From Raillietiella orientalis (taxonomy: Eukaryota), in NCBI GenBank assembly GCA_036172245.1, contig JAYWIR010000023.1, positions 2,108,001 through 2,172,000 of the forward strand: a stretch of DNA of 64,000 bases. Direction: 5' to 3'. The notes beneath the pieces were generated by a model. It saw nothing but the letters and a program-made list of their open reading frames with translations, was not told the origin of the DNA and did no database searches. This document shows positions 25,150 through 39,199 of this stretch, piece after piece; position 1 is the first letter of the stretch; every line of letters starts with the position of its first letter. Both the position numbers and the translations under genes were made by a program.

Positions 25150-26450
25150 CCGGATTGAAAATTTCCAGCGATGCAAGAAAAGTCACATGAAAAGGCTTGA
25201 GGGAAATAGCTTTAGCAGGAGAGAGCCAACTTTTCAGCGGAAGTCTAACCTTAGAAGCAAAGAAGCACCAACTGGTGAAGAGAACCCGAGAGCACATTCA
25301 TAGGATTCCTGGAAATGCCGAGGAAAATGGATTGTTTTCCAACGGCACCTTCGAAACTCCCGAACTCGGAAATGCCATTAATTCATCCATGTGCGCCATC
25401 GAAAAAGTCTGCAAAATTCGACAGCGTTCTCCCCCAACCAAAAAACTAATATGCTTTTTTAACTTGAAAACTTGCAGAGTTCATGTCTCCATCTCTTCCT
25501 TAGACTGAATGGTCATTAGCGTCAAAAGGAGATACCTAATGAGCTCTTAATCTCTTAGAAGCCTCATTTCTAAACATTGAGGTTTGTAAAAGTTCATTTC
25601 AAAAGATGCCTATTGGCATCAGTGGTTATTTAAGTGATGGTAACTCTCTACTGCTATTTGCTTTTCCTATTGCTGTCCTTCGAATGGAAAATATGGATGT
25701 TTTGATAATGGATTTTTTTTTTTCTTTGTTCTGTTGGCGAACCGGAAAAATAAATGCTCCTAACTAATGTCTTCTCAAACTTTGCACGGAATAGATGATG
25801 CAATGGGAGGTATTGCCACGCAATATTTCGATGGAGAATTGTTGGAGTGGAGATGATGTGGCACGAGGATGGTCCAGCGTTGTTGCTACAAAGAGTGGAA
25901 GCTTAACTGCAGAAATGTTTCTTAGATAGAGCGACAGTATCCCATTTACTGAGATTCAACTCATATTTCCTGCATTTTTTTTTTGTGTGTGCCATTAAAT
26001 CCTTTTCACGAACGTGACCGAGTTGACTGACTTTTTTGAAATCCTAGTCCGTGGTCAAAGGTATGAGATTCTGTTAGAAAATCATTGAAGTTATCGTTCC
26101 TGCTGGTTTGCAACGTCATGGTCAAAGAAACTGGTCCAGGATTGCCAAGTTGTTGCCTGGCATTGTTGCCAGGTTCACCTCAAGCGCAGCGTATAAAATC
26201 TGTAGTATGATTTTACACATGGACTTCCTTCTTACTGGAATGCAAAGCTGAAATGTAGCAGTGAGACAGATGTTTGTTTAGAACCGATAATCAATCAAAA
26301 CGTCTACAAGGTGCCATCTCGATAACCGCACTGCTCTTTGACTCTCTTTGACGTACATTTCACATTTTCGAAACAATCGGACTGGATAGAAATGATGCAG
26401 GAATGAGAGCAACAAGTAATTTATCAAAGAGAAATTTTGAATCTCTGGCA
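25150..26450 (+). mobile_element. Decayed reverse-transcriptase fragment
   Basis: REIAL...LFSGSL, RIPGNAEE, ELGNAINS and GDDVA (about 25850) in RT order. Confidence 0.45.
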
Positions 26451-26749
26451 GCTGACACGTGAAAAAGAAAATTTCAGGGTTCAGAAATAGATCAAGCACT
26501 CCACTGGATTTTAATGCTGATAAAAATGATGAGTGCACATCGCACTGGCTTATTTAGGAGGACCCCTTCCGTCCTGTACACTAATCTTATCAGCTCGGCG
26601 ACTGATGCTCATTTAGGCAGATACCGATTTGCTATACTTTGAATGAAAAAATTGAATCCATGCATGAGAATGTACACTTCGTGGGAACTGCATGGACGCG
26701 GCAGGCAATTCATTAAATATGATTAACCAGTGACAGGAGCAAACGAACA

Positions 26750-27900
26750 TTTTGCTATCTTGCAGCGTCCTCTACCTGAAACACAGGGTGCTAAAGAAAC
26801 CTGAAAGTTTATGGTTGTCAAGTGGCGAGGTGGCTAATGAGAATGCAATGATCGAAGGGTCTTTATTCTTGCTTAAGTCCTTCAGCAGAGAAGCCTTTTG
26901 ATAAGCATTTGAAGCCAATGCGTACAGAATAGATCAGTCCGAAAGTCCTCTGTCTCTGAGATTATTATAGATTCATCCAGATTTTCACCTATTCATCAAC
27001 AGTGTAGTTTCCTTCACACAATGCTGCCCTGTTTGAGTGTCTTTACTCAATCTAGAGACAAAAAAACGAGAAGCTTCAGCTTCGTGTTTACCAACAGTTA
27101 GTCGATGACGTAATCTGCATCATCTGCAACTTCTGAGTTCCACATCGAAGCGACCCATAGCTCTTTAGTGTGGCTTGATTTCAAAGAAAAGCTCCTTCAA
27201 GTGCAGCACATTTCTTTATTTCTTGCTTTTTTCTTTCTTCTTTCTGATGAGGACTAAATAGGCTTGTGCAAGTACTGAACTTTGAGAATGAAATAGGCAT
27301 CACAGTGAAAGAACCGTAACCAGAAATATGTAAGAGAAAACTGTCACCTTGCAGATAACATGGACTCTGTGCTATGGACCACATTCTATTGGAATCAACA
27401 TAGAGAAAGGGTCGTTGAAAGTCTTGATAAGATAACTTAATGACAAAAATTGAGCTTGCTCGGCTCTTAGGGTCATTATCGAGTCTGCGGAGAATTTCAA
27501 TTTGTCTTCGGGAAAGAAAAAGGGCTTATTTTTAAGGGGCGGTTTTTGAAGCAGCAGCAGTTGCCTTATCCATTCCACAACTCTTTCAGACTACCCAGCA
27601 ATGGCCAGAGTTTTTGAATCCACTACGTGTGTCTGTTCTCCATATTTTTCTTGTCTTGTTTTGTTCATTACCAGCGTCCGTCTACAATAAGGCTCACTCG
27701 AAGAAGCAACTGTTCATATAGAAGCAGGATGCCTGCGTGGTAACGAAAGCATTCAAACTAATCAAAAGGGCAGGATTTTTGCAATGAGGTTTGCAGTCAT
27801 GATGGTAAATAAATCAAGATGTGACCATCAAAGTGACTGGAATCTCTGATCAAGTAATCACTCCGGGTGTTTCTTTCCTCGACAGATAGCAATCATCTAA
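26750..27900 (-). mobile_element. Decayed reverse-transcriptase fragment
   Basis: CYLQGDSF (GV.QGD) followed by VADDA (about 27120). Confidence 0.5.
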
Positions 27901-28299
27901 GTGAATTTTCCGTCTCTATGAATGATTATTTCTTTATCAATAGACCATATCTTGGATCGCAAATCACACTGCAGATTGTTTTTCATGCAGCGATGTACGT
28001 CATAATTGCATTCTGATGCTATTTCAAACACGTCAGTGGTCTTAGTTTATCTGAATAGCTCCTTTAATTGTTCTCCTGGAGGAAAAGTCTTGAGTTTTTT
28101 CTCGACCTGAATTTCGTGCACATTGATAGACTCTAGTCATCGGACTCCTCCCTGGTTACAGGAAAAGGAATTCAGAAGACTTCTCTTAGAAGAATTTTCC
28201 CATCCGAAGACAACCGCTTTTATTTACATCAGCCGCGTCTTTCGGAACAAAAGTATGAGCACTCTGTCACTTAATTTCATGCGGGTTGGATGTGAGCCA

Positions 28300-29100
28300 T
28301 TGGATCGTTCTCTGAAGGATGCCAATGGTGTTAAAATGCACCCTTGGAGCGTGAACTCTGTACTTTCAAAATTCGAGAAAGAGAGTCTGCCGTTCCGGAT
28401 ACTACACAGCAGCTGATTCAGGAGTAAAGTATTTACTGTTGCGATGATGGTCAACAGGATGTAAGGATTCGAACGGTCTTGGGTCAGAATAATGCACAGA
28501 ATCCACAATATTGGCGAACTTGGCAGAAAGAGTATGTAGCTAAGCAGGATGCCTTATTCGTTCTGTTTCTTAGCCGAAGAAGCGATGGTCTATGGGAAGT
28601 ATGCTTGAAGAACCTCTTGGGGCATTCTGAATAACTGCCGACTTCACTCAGTCTAAATGCCTACACCGGGTTGCTCCCAAACATATTCCAGTGTATTCCA
28701 GTGTTTCCAAACATATTTCATTCTTAAACTACTGAGGATTTCCGAGAATGCTCTTGGGCGCGAAGTCGCAACCAGATTAGATCCAACCATCAAAGAGAAA
28801 TATCCTATGAAGAAAATCAGATGTTCTCATAAAGCGCCAGCCATTTTCCTTCTGAATTGTAAAAAATACAGCAGAGTGGTAAATTCTTTGCTTGACGGGC
28901 CCTTTCAACAGGACACTACGATTTGCAGCATCAAGGGTTCCTATGCTTCTGGAGACAGCAACGAATAAATCAAAAGGACACACAGTAGTGAAGGGTGTGA
29001 AGTCTCTGGATCCGTCGGAACGATATCAAGGCGAAGGTTCTTGCATGGCTGATCACAGCTGCTTTTGAGAAACATCTTCCATAATCTCATCTTGCAAAAA
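28300..29100 (+). mobile_element. HERO-like RLE 3' remnant
   Basis: NPQYWRTW, LPTSLSLNAYT (SL.QGRYT-like), NCKKYSRV; an A-run follows at about 29097. Confidence 0.35.
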
Positions 29101-30229
29101 AAAATCAGAAATGAAAATGAGGAAAGTAAACAAATGAAAACGAAAACAACAGTGGCAAATGGGAAATGAAAGACGGTTTTGCCAATGCAAGTACCCTTAA
29201 GCAGCACAGAAAGGAATGGGCAAACGATTCAAGCCGAATCCTGCTTCAATTTTAGGTAAGCGCTTCCCGGAAAGGAGGACTTTTTCACCGCGGCCGTTCT
29301 CCCTTTTTTTCCCGAAGATGCAGGGACCAGCATTTACTTCCTTTTCCCCGATAATTCTATAGGATATAGTTTTCTAGGGAAATGGAGCTAAAAATGCATT
29401 TATGGCTCGGTCTAAAATTCCTAAACTCCCTCCATCACCAGGAGCTCTAACTTTTCAGAACCTGTTTCTGTGCCATTGTATGTAAGTTTACTGATCCTTT
29501 GGTATCACAAATCTATCCCGCTAAATACTTTTTAAGGATCCAATAGACTGATAACCTTTCCCTCTCGTGTTTGCTTTTCAGCCACTCCCCTACAATTTGA
29601 TTTCTGATTTCGTTGCGTGTTCATGACGATCGATGGAGATGCTGAAATCAGCAATGATCAAATTTTCCGATACTCGCGGGGCATTACTCAGAGGTTGCTG
29701 CTGCATGGAAGCTGAGGAAAGATCAAGAAATGAGCAAGTGTTGCGAACTTTCGTTCACCTCTCCCTACTTTCATCGAGGGAAAAAAAAAGGGGGGGGGGA
29801 GGGGTTCCAGATCCGAAGCAACTAGAGATCATGCATTTCGCTCCAGCTCGGGGAGTATTTCGTTCGAATCTTTGCGTACTGTGCGCATCTTGAAGGCTAA
29901 AGAAATCCGAAAAAATTTTCGCTTCAATTGGCGAATAGTACCCACCTGCTCTCTTGAGTGAAGTAATTATTATAACTGAAAGTCTGTCCAATTGTTCCAA
30001 ACAGATTTGGGAGCAAGAATTGAGTGCGAAAAGAAATTCATTTGAAACGGATGAGATTTTAAGTGTTCTTTGTCATTTTTTCAGGACCACTACCAATGAC
30101 TCAGTAACAGACTTTTACTCAGAACTCATGCAAATTGAATAGCTCCAAGACAAATCATAAAGTGTCGGCAACTTAAAAAAAAACTCACTCACTCGACTAA
30201 TGTCACTCATTAGTCTAGTAATAATTATA

Positions 30230-31520
30230 CTATTAGCCTAGTTGCTTTATTTTCCCTAATCCACTCTCATTATCTGCTTCTCTGACCTCGGACTTCCAAT
30301 ACTGCAGCTATCAGCTGCTTAACAGACTCACATGATTGGACCCCAATGTCTGATGGACTCTTCCTTACACTGGATGTATCCATCAGCTGTTTGGAGCACA
30401 TGAGAACCTTTTCATCCATCTACTTTTTCAGCTGCAATCTCTGTTGCGTCTATTCCACATGTGCTTCGTCCACGGACGTCACTAGACCCTATTAAGGCGT
30501 CTGATTTTTTCTGCTGCTCATGGCAATTTCTGATCAAGACAGAGTATGCCTCACAAGTTCCTTCTCTTGCTCGATTCAGCAGCCAAACTTCTTCCAGAAG
30601 AAATCCCCATGAAGGGAAACTTCCTGCTTCCTACTCATAAGGAATGGACGGGTGGAATGGCATTTCCTGAAATGCAGACCTTTTAAGATGGAAATGTTGG
30701 ATCCCAAAGAACGCTACTGATTTATTTGAATACTGGATGTAACTGAGCATTTATTCGAAGCTGCTTCCTCTGATTTTAAGGCCCGACTCTAAATTTGGTC
30801 CTTCCAGCTCGAAAAGGAATCATCCTTGGGATGCAGAATGTCACGGTTTGATAAAGCTCCTTCTGTTACCTCATGTGTGTTCGCCTGCTAGATGAGTCTC
30901 CCAGGCGACAGAACGAAAGTGTTTGGAAATAACGGACATCATCGACGGAACATTTCAGTGTATTGCAATCGAAGAAAGACCTCGAGAATTCACATGAAGA
31001 ACAATACTAGGCTGTTTCTTCTTTCACTACCTGTAGCACCCCCAAGTGATCACAAAACTCAATACAAAATTTACTTCTCAGGTCGAGTTCTTTTAGACTA
31101 GAGGACAACAGACTCAGACCAACAGAAAGCAAAACTAGAAGATCATTGCCATTCCCTTTAGGTACTTTCACACAAAATTCCTTTTTCCACATCTCTTTGT
31201 GTTCCTCCTCACCCTCAGCTATCCATACTCCACCAAGACAGTCAAACCGGACGCGGAATATAACATTCCTCGTTAACTCTCGATGTTCCAAGTCCGTGCA
31301 CTTCCTCATGCAGCACGAGTTAGCAGCCTCACTCCAGGTATATGTCTCGACAAAACCTGACTCATAGAGGGCTCCATCTTGGACTCCATTTCAAGTGTAA
31401 TCCAACCAGTCCTCCCTTTCTCAGGAGCAGTATCAACTTGGTAATCAGCAGCATCACTCCATGCATTTTCACAAGAGGCTGTAGCTGCGTATGCATGCCT
31501 CCTAACATCTACTCAATTCT
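30230..31520 (-). mobile_element. HERO-like RLE non-LTR retrotransposon remnant
   Basis: WKKEFCVKVPKG...GLSLLSSSLKEL (LP.SSL.EE thumb) and VDEAHVE..QQRLQLKK...EWIRE (ELTVPWEE..A.ERK-type terminus). Confidence 0.5.
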
Positions 31521-32449
31521 TCCCTAACCAGTTCGTATGTACTCTGAGAATCAGACAAATCTTAGTACACTAGACGATAGGCAGATGTATACAAATACAA
31601 AGCAGTTCTTCACTTTGTTAATGAACAGTTGTAGAGGCATCAGGTCATGCGAGACGGCTAGCACGTGGTTTTAGAATTATCTTTACAAACTTAGTTCGTA
31701 TGAAATGACATTCCTCAACAAAATTTATCTAAGCTTTTCGAAGAATCCTCAGCTAGAAGAGCGCTCGACAAGTGCGCATCATTTATATCCATACTTGGGT
31801 AATGGTGCTTCAACGCCACGACACGTGTTAATTGCAAACTTTTGACGCACAACTACTCAACAAGAATTTCTGGAACGACCCATTCCTCTTAGGAGAATCT
31901 GTAAAAATCTAAATACCCAAAGCATCCTATCCTGCGCATTCTTTTCTTATGAGCGTAGAAAAAAATCATTAACAATCTTCATAATAGTTTACTTGCATAT
32001 ATTTAGCAATTTCGTTATCGATTTCACCTTACTGCACATGCAATTAGTGTAATGAACTCAGTCTAAATGCAGTGTCTCCATAGAGAGCGCAATAACTAGT
32101 AATTACTGTTGTAGTTAATATAGCACAATAAAAACTTCACAGAGGAAATCAATATTCCCAAGATGACACGTGCATAAGGCTATAAGGAATTTCTGCCCAT
32201 CCCAGACTATATCAAATGGCTCGAAATTCCCGAAGTCATGCATATTTCTTTTCTTTTTTTTTGGGGGGGGGAGGGGTGCAAGACTTGAAAAAAGTTTACC
32301 TTATGCGATGCTCTACTCTCGAGTTTGGCTTGAGATAGGATAGCGTGCATCTACTGAAATCTAATGAATGAGTTATCTCCAACATCTGAACATTGTAAAA
32401 AAGATTGCATGCCTATTTTTTCTTCTTAATAAGCTAGATAAGCAACGCT

Positions 32450-35210
32450 AACATTGGTCTGCAGCATATTTTACTGCGATTATAACTAAAACTAATTTCT
32501 TTTTCTTGCATTTCTCTCTTTTTCTCTCATGACTGACTGCACAAGCAAGGAAAACATCTGATGGTGTGGAGAAAAAGGTGATGCCTCCAGCAGGATATTT
32601 CACTTTGCACAGGGCAGTTTCCTTCATTTCTCGTGTTGCGGTAATGACATTGCTAAAATCTTTTCGTCTGTAAGAGAAACCAAACTCTTAGGATTTTGAA
32701 TAACTTATGGAGTTTACTTAGGCTGTTTGATTAGTTGCCAGGCTATGATCAAATATTTCCCGTCTTGCACTGAATGGCTCTTGCACTCTTCGTCTTGCAC
32801 AGCTTCTTCCAAATATATTTAACTAAGGCTAATAAGGTGAGTATTGGGAATGGAAAAGCAAAGCAGACCAGAATAAGTAGGGACTACGGAATAAGCCGAA
32901 CAAAAAATAGATCAGCACATCTTTCTTTTCTGGGGCAAGCCCGATCGAATACTTTGCAAAACGTACACAAAAGTAAATTAATAAATGCCCAAAGTACGTT
33001 CTGGATGAACGAAAATCAATGAGGAACACACAACTTTACAGCTTGCCATCAAGAACATCGCTCCACGCCGAAGAAGAGTGATAATCAAAAAAGTCTTTCA
33101 AAACCTCGCTTAGAAAATAGTCACTTGGACATTTTGTCTTAAAGGATCAAGAAAATGAACTATGAAAAAGAACTAAGGAAAACCATGAAAAGATTCCATG
33201 TGAGATGGACCATACTTAGCTCACTAAAAAGATGTATTTGTCTGGTAGGCTGAAGACAGATCTGCAGTGTCTCATTATAAAGCTTAACAGGGTTTCCCTT
33301 CTTGAAAAACCGACCACTCAATGAAAACTGATTTAGAAATGTGTACTGTCTTGAACACACATTTCTAAATAACTTTTCACTCTGCAAAACATTCGCTATG
33401 CGCTTGTAGAAGTAATCATGACATAGATGTAGTCAAAATTCGGAAGAATAAAAGCATCCAATTTTACGAACGGTCAGGAACGCAATTGCGGCTAGAAGAA
33501 AATTTAGAAACCATTTGGGAGCAGCTTTTTTTATTTCAGTAGAAAAATGTAGGTACAGTGAAGTGAGGCATTATAATGGAGGAACAAAAAAAAGTATATA
33601 TGTTTATTAACTATTGTTAAAGTAGAGTTCATTTGTATCCGAGGGTCAGAAAGCGAGCATTCAAACTTCAAATTTTTCATGCTGAAGAAAGTTCTTAGCA
33701 AGCAAAAGCCACTATCTTTTTGTACCATACAGTTTCCTTGTTTCAGCTTTTTTCTTAATGGAAGTCGAACTCATTGCCAGAACAAGGTTTTCAGTCAGTC
33801 TCTTGGCTCTTGCGCCAGAGGCATTGTAAATGAAAGACCCAGTGACTATTCATTGATTGTTACACTTTCCATCATGATTTAAACTTCAAATGGGCACGAT
33901 TTCAGGGCTGAGAGGATAAAAAACCCTCAAGAAGAATTCAAACCAATAAAGTTTATAACAACTCTTCATCCTTCTTTCACAGTTAATTGTTTTAATAGCT
34001 AAATGACAGATCTTCATTAGACTTTTTAGATCGGACATCTGTAGATTTATAACACTTTTTGTGGAACTTTCTGTTTATTCTCTTGCAAGAGTTACTTTTC
34101 AGATTCTCTGGTATATGCTCATTATATTTAGATGCCAAATATGACTTCTTAATGATTTCTCTGCGCTAAAAGTGATGTAAAAATGTAAGCTGGCATTCGG
34201 ACATCAAATTTTCCATAATGACTGGAAAACTAAACTGGAAAAAGAATCCCTGTGCTCTTGATCATTAAATAGCCAGCTATACCTTCGAACTATATCACCC
34301 CACATATCACGCAATAGTTGTGACGACAAACAGAACTGCAGAGCTATAAAACTCTTTAGATCCAAGGAACCTTTTTAAGGATCGCTTAAAATCTTTCCTG
34401 AAATTTATAGTGCAGGTACTCTATGCTGTTCATGAATTTACAAGGAGCCTCATAAAGAGTTTTACAAGCAAATCAAGGTTAAGGGAACTAGAAGTTTGGC
34501 TTCCACGCATACTGTCCAATTTCCAGTTCCTTTGAGTGACAGCTGATGATCCTGGGGTGCTGTTGAAGGATCTTGTACTAGAAATATATGTATATGATGT
34601 GAAGGTTGGCGATGAGGCATTAATTTCAAATATCATCCCAGTATTTATCCGAGTAGTAGAGTAGATAGAAAATTTGTGGTTCATTTTCCTTGGAAGAGAT
34701 TCAAGGAGCCACTTAAAAGTTTTCCCCCTGTAGCTCAAGGTATCAGCAATGGATTCATCTTCCCTATGGAGAGCTGAGTGAAGCACGCGCTGATGAAAAT
34801 CTATGTGTGGCTGTATCATTACTTGTCCAATGAGGAAGGAATCTGGGACCAAAACCGAAACGTCACGAACTAGTCCAAAAAACTTGCCGATTTGCCTTTG
34901 TAAAAGGTATGAGAACAATTGGCCTCAATACCGACCAGAATGATCTTCCTCAAACAAACATGTGCAAACTATAAAAAGCAATGAATCAAAGATTTCAGTT
35001 TTCATTTTAAAAACTGAAGTCAGCTTACGTCAATCTGCCGTATTTTTGTGGAAGATAGAATGCTGAAGTATGCTCAAGAAGCAGCATGCTTAAATGCTTT
35101 CGCCAACTTGAAAATGTAGTAAGGCTGCTAATAGATAAGACGAATGAAATTAAGAATAGATGAGATAATCAACTCTTTGTGACTGAGTTTATATTCATCA
35201 TTTGGCATCC
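32450..35210 (-). pseudogene. Decayed THAP9/P-element-like transposase with short introns
   Basis: Collinear remnants: VCTCLFEEDH and VLVPDSF (THAP-like), FSIYST...FNSTPG, IAGYL, YTFLNQFSLSGRFFKK (FD.LNS...G..FK), YLIIAW, GGITFFSTPSDVFLAC (GGL..PS.DV..C). GT-AG intron candidates at about 34969-35028 and 32669-32714. Several stops. Confidence 0.5.
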
Positions 35211-37185
35211 GAACTGCGTAAAAGTGTGAAAACTGATAAGCTTATTTTCTAACTAATATGGATAATTTAGAATCAGTTTCCATGTGACATCTTTTTACAG
35301 CTCCAATAAAGCGAAGAAAGCTAGATTTTCTATAGGAACATAAATTCCAACGTCAGAATGAATGGCAATGGTCAAGTTTATATCATAGGTCCAGAGGCAG
35401 ACCCGAATCTTATCATTAGTCACGGATATGTTTAAAATGAGATCGTATCTTCACACGAAAAATTGACAGGATACGATATTTACTGCTGTTGTAAATGTTT
35501 TTGGATATGACTGTTTGATTAAGAGAAAAATCGAAAATACTTTGATAGGTTTCGAAAGGAAGAATATAAGAAGCATTTTTAAAAAAAGGTGAAGAAAAAT
35601 GATGGTTTTGCACTTTATTATAGTAGAATAGTTATGCATATGGTATTGCTACTTTTCTTCTCACATACTCCCCACATTTTTTTCCACAGGTATGATCAGC
35701 ATCGCATAATCTAATTTTTAAAAAAAAATAATTCGTTTTCTCTTACTGAAAGTAAGTTCTACTTCTCAGCTTATAGTTAGTTACGTTGACTACTGTTTAT
35801 TAACCTGAAAACCATCTGTTAGTTTAAAAAAAATACATTCATCAGTTTGTTGTAAAGTCAGGTAGACAAATTTATACATTTATCTAAGTTTCAGTATTAA
35901 CAAGAAGAAATTTAAAATTTTGGTAAGCATTAAAGATTTTATAAAATTTATTCTTACTAATACAAATTTTAAAACGATAGAACAGCCATTGAAAAACCTA
36001 CGTACGAGATGTAGTATAAAAAATTATTTTAGAAGATTAGAAAAATTACCTTAAAAACGAAATTAAAGGATCATAACTATACGTAAATTACGGTTTTATT
36101 TTTACTTTAAACAGTACAGGGCATCATTTTTAGACGCTGGTTCTTATCGTGGTAAATGACTGACCAACCTTCCAAAAGGATTTCCAGACTCGCTTTAGGA
36201 GATGAATTCCTTCCTTTCCTTGATTCCTTCTTTAAATTTCAATATACTTAGCTGTTATTGCTTGAATTCTATTCTGTAAGTGAACGAAATTTAAATTTAG
36301 GTTTAAATGTGTGATGCAACTTAAAATGGTTCGTAGTATAGGAACTTGATATATATTTTTTTAATAAGTATGTAGCATATTTTTCTAAAAATCGAATTAA
36401 TTCATCTAATTTTAGTATTTTATGATAATGACGTTTGTTTTAGATATCAATTTTAGATTCTTTTAGCAAAAAAAAAGATCCTTGAAAAAGTAATTTCGAA
36501 AAGCAAAGAATTATGGAATGATTGGTATCCTTGACATTCTCGTTTGAAACAACGTAAGACATCCTTGTTGCAAATTGACGCCTGAACATATTTTGTTTCT
36601 AAGAGGTGGAATAAGGAAGAAAGACATGAATATTTCCGGTGGTGTATAAATGTCAAATTAGTACGTAAACTTTATTTTAGAAATGTTTTAAATTTGAGTC
36701 ATAATGGGTTTGAAGTAATAATACACACATTGGGCATGTCAATCGTCCAAGGTTAATCCTTGAAAGAATATTTTCAGTTGATTAGTTTACGTGGAATTTG
36801 TATTATACTTGCAGCCCTAATGTATGCTAGGGTGCATTTCAGGTAGCTTGTTTGAAGGAATTTTTAATTTTTTATCAGTTCAGTTTTTCATCGTTTCTGC
36901 ACATTGTCATTATGTATGTTTGACCAGAGTAATGCAGATTTTAACAACCAAATGTCAAATGAGGTTGAGTGCACTGTTTTTAAAGATATCAGAAAAAACA
37001 GTTATCGAATATAATGTTTCAAATTCTCAAGTAAGAACATTTAAAGAATCCCAAATATTTGATTTTATCTTAGTTTTCAGATGTTACTGATGAAACCACA
37101 TAAAGTCTTAAAATAAAATATAAAACTTTTCTATTCCTTCAATGATTTATATTACTGGATTATCCAAAATGCAGGTTCTGGTCTC

Positions 37186-38240
37186 ATGGATCCTGATTTA
37201 GCCTGTCCTCGATGCAAAACTACTCAGTACCGAAACCCAGCCCTCAAATTGTTAGTGAACGTCTGTGGGCATGCCCTCTGTGAAAACTGTGTAGAACTTC
37301 TTTTCATCAAAGGTAACAAATTTGTTTTCTATTTGCATATTGAACATTTTGAATTTCATAGGTTCAGGTTCATGTCCAGAATGTGGCACTGTGCTGCGGC
37401 GTAACCAGTTTCGGAAACAGTTGTTTGAAGACCCATTTGTAGAAAAGGAAGTAGATTTACGTCGCCGTATCCTTAGAGATTTCAATCAGAGGGAAGAAGA
37501 CTTTGCTAGCCCTCGAGAATACAATGACTATTTGGAAAGGGTAGAATAATCAATGGAACTCAGAGTTCTTCATATATGGACTTAGGTTGAATCTATCATC
37601 TTTAATTTGTCTCATGGAATCGATCTAGAAGAAACAAATCGCCTTGTAGCTGACTATCGTCGAGAACACAAGCAAGAAATTGCGAAAAATAGAAGTCGTA
37701 TCTCTACAGAAGAACAAGAATTAGAGGTAAGGCATGAATGCCATGTCAAAATTGTGTTACCCACAGGAGTAGCATATTTTGGAAGAGGAAGAAGAACGTG
37801 GGGAAAATAGAATACTGCAGTTAAAAGAAGAGGATGCTTCTTTGTTGCGCAGACGACAACAGCACAAACAGCAGTTGCTGAATGAATTGGAAAATTCTAC
37901 ACAGGATGCTCGCACCATAGTGGAAGCTCATAAGAGGAAAAGACCTTCCACCTGGAACCATCACATAGATGTTGGCCCTAGGAAGAAATCTTCATTGGTT
38001 GTACCAGTTGCAGAAGAAACTCCTCCTTATGTTTATGAAAAACCTGTTGTGGAAATGCTTGGCCCTGCAATACCATCTGCTGACACATTGGAAGAAGAAG
38101 GGTACTTGAATCATGTGAAAAATTTGCCCTCAGCAGGACATGCTGCCGGATTTACAGAGACCATGGCTTGCTTAAGAGCACTGCGAAACGCATTTGCTGG
38201 CCTATATTTTGTTTCAGGATCCACAGCCATATGTTCTTGA
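37186..38240 (+). CDS. MNAT1: CDK-activating kinase assembly factor MAT1 (TFIIH RING subunit); exons 37186-37312, 37362-37540, 37586-37726, 37773-38240; 304 aa
   Basis: N-terminal C3HC4 RING ([44 protein letters not shown]), then [27 protein letters not shown]...EYNDYLE and C-terminal GYLNHV...AAGF...[13 protein letters not shown]. Three GT-AG introns (49, 45, 46 nt) join the pieces in frame, 915 nt including the stop. Confidence 0.97.
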
Positions 38241-39199
38241 TAGGGAAAAGACTACTAGGAAAAGATATATGCATGTCTATTAATCATGTGATTGTAGAAA
38301 ATCTTTGAATTGTCACCATAGAAACGAAGATCAATGATTCTGTTATGCATTCCCATGTATAGCAGAATCGTATTTCAGCACACTCATGTATAAGTTGTAA
38401 GCAGTGTTGTGCTGAATCTGGATTGTTACCTATCATGATGATTGTTTTAGTCACTATTACAAATATTTGCTTCAAAATATTGAAGTGGAAAATACATTAT
38501 GAAATTGGGGAAGAAGTGGCTGCCTAACATTATTGTGATGGTTCCGTTTCATAAGGTTATTGTGCATGTATTCATCATTCTAAAATCCTGTACAGATGTA
38601 AACCAGAAGTCAGACTATTGAAGACGAGTTTGAAATTCTCTCATTGCCATATCAGTTAACGAAACTTAATGCACAAACACATTAATAGATGATAGATTTG
38701 CCCGGAATAGCGGATTCTAAACAAAAGTCTGTTTATGTAATGGTTATACCTAAGAGGAAAGGAAAATTGAAAAATTCTGTTACTGTATTACTACTAAGCA
38801 TTGAAAACTTATTTGACATTCAGGACATGCAAAACAAATTGGCATTCAATAAAAGCAATTTCCTAAGTATCCTAATAATTCATCGTGGTTGTGCGCCGTT
38901 TTTCCGGGGATACTTGACTAGTCGTCACCAAGGTATTCCCAGCGTCTTCATCGAGGCTTATCTTTCCACTGCATGCTGCATCAGGCTTGCAAATTTCGAG
39001 AATGATGAATTGACGTAGAAATGTACTTGTGAAACGTAAAACCCATTCGTGAACGTGGATAATTTTTGCTGTCAGAGAAGTGAAATTTATATACATCTAT
39101 ATTATAGGTTGCAGATGCCTATCTTGGAGAATTTTCAATATCATAAATAAATATAACGTATGTCTTAAGGATATATGAGGCTCACCGAAAATTCATTTT

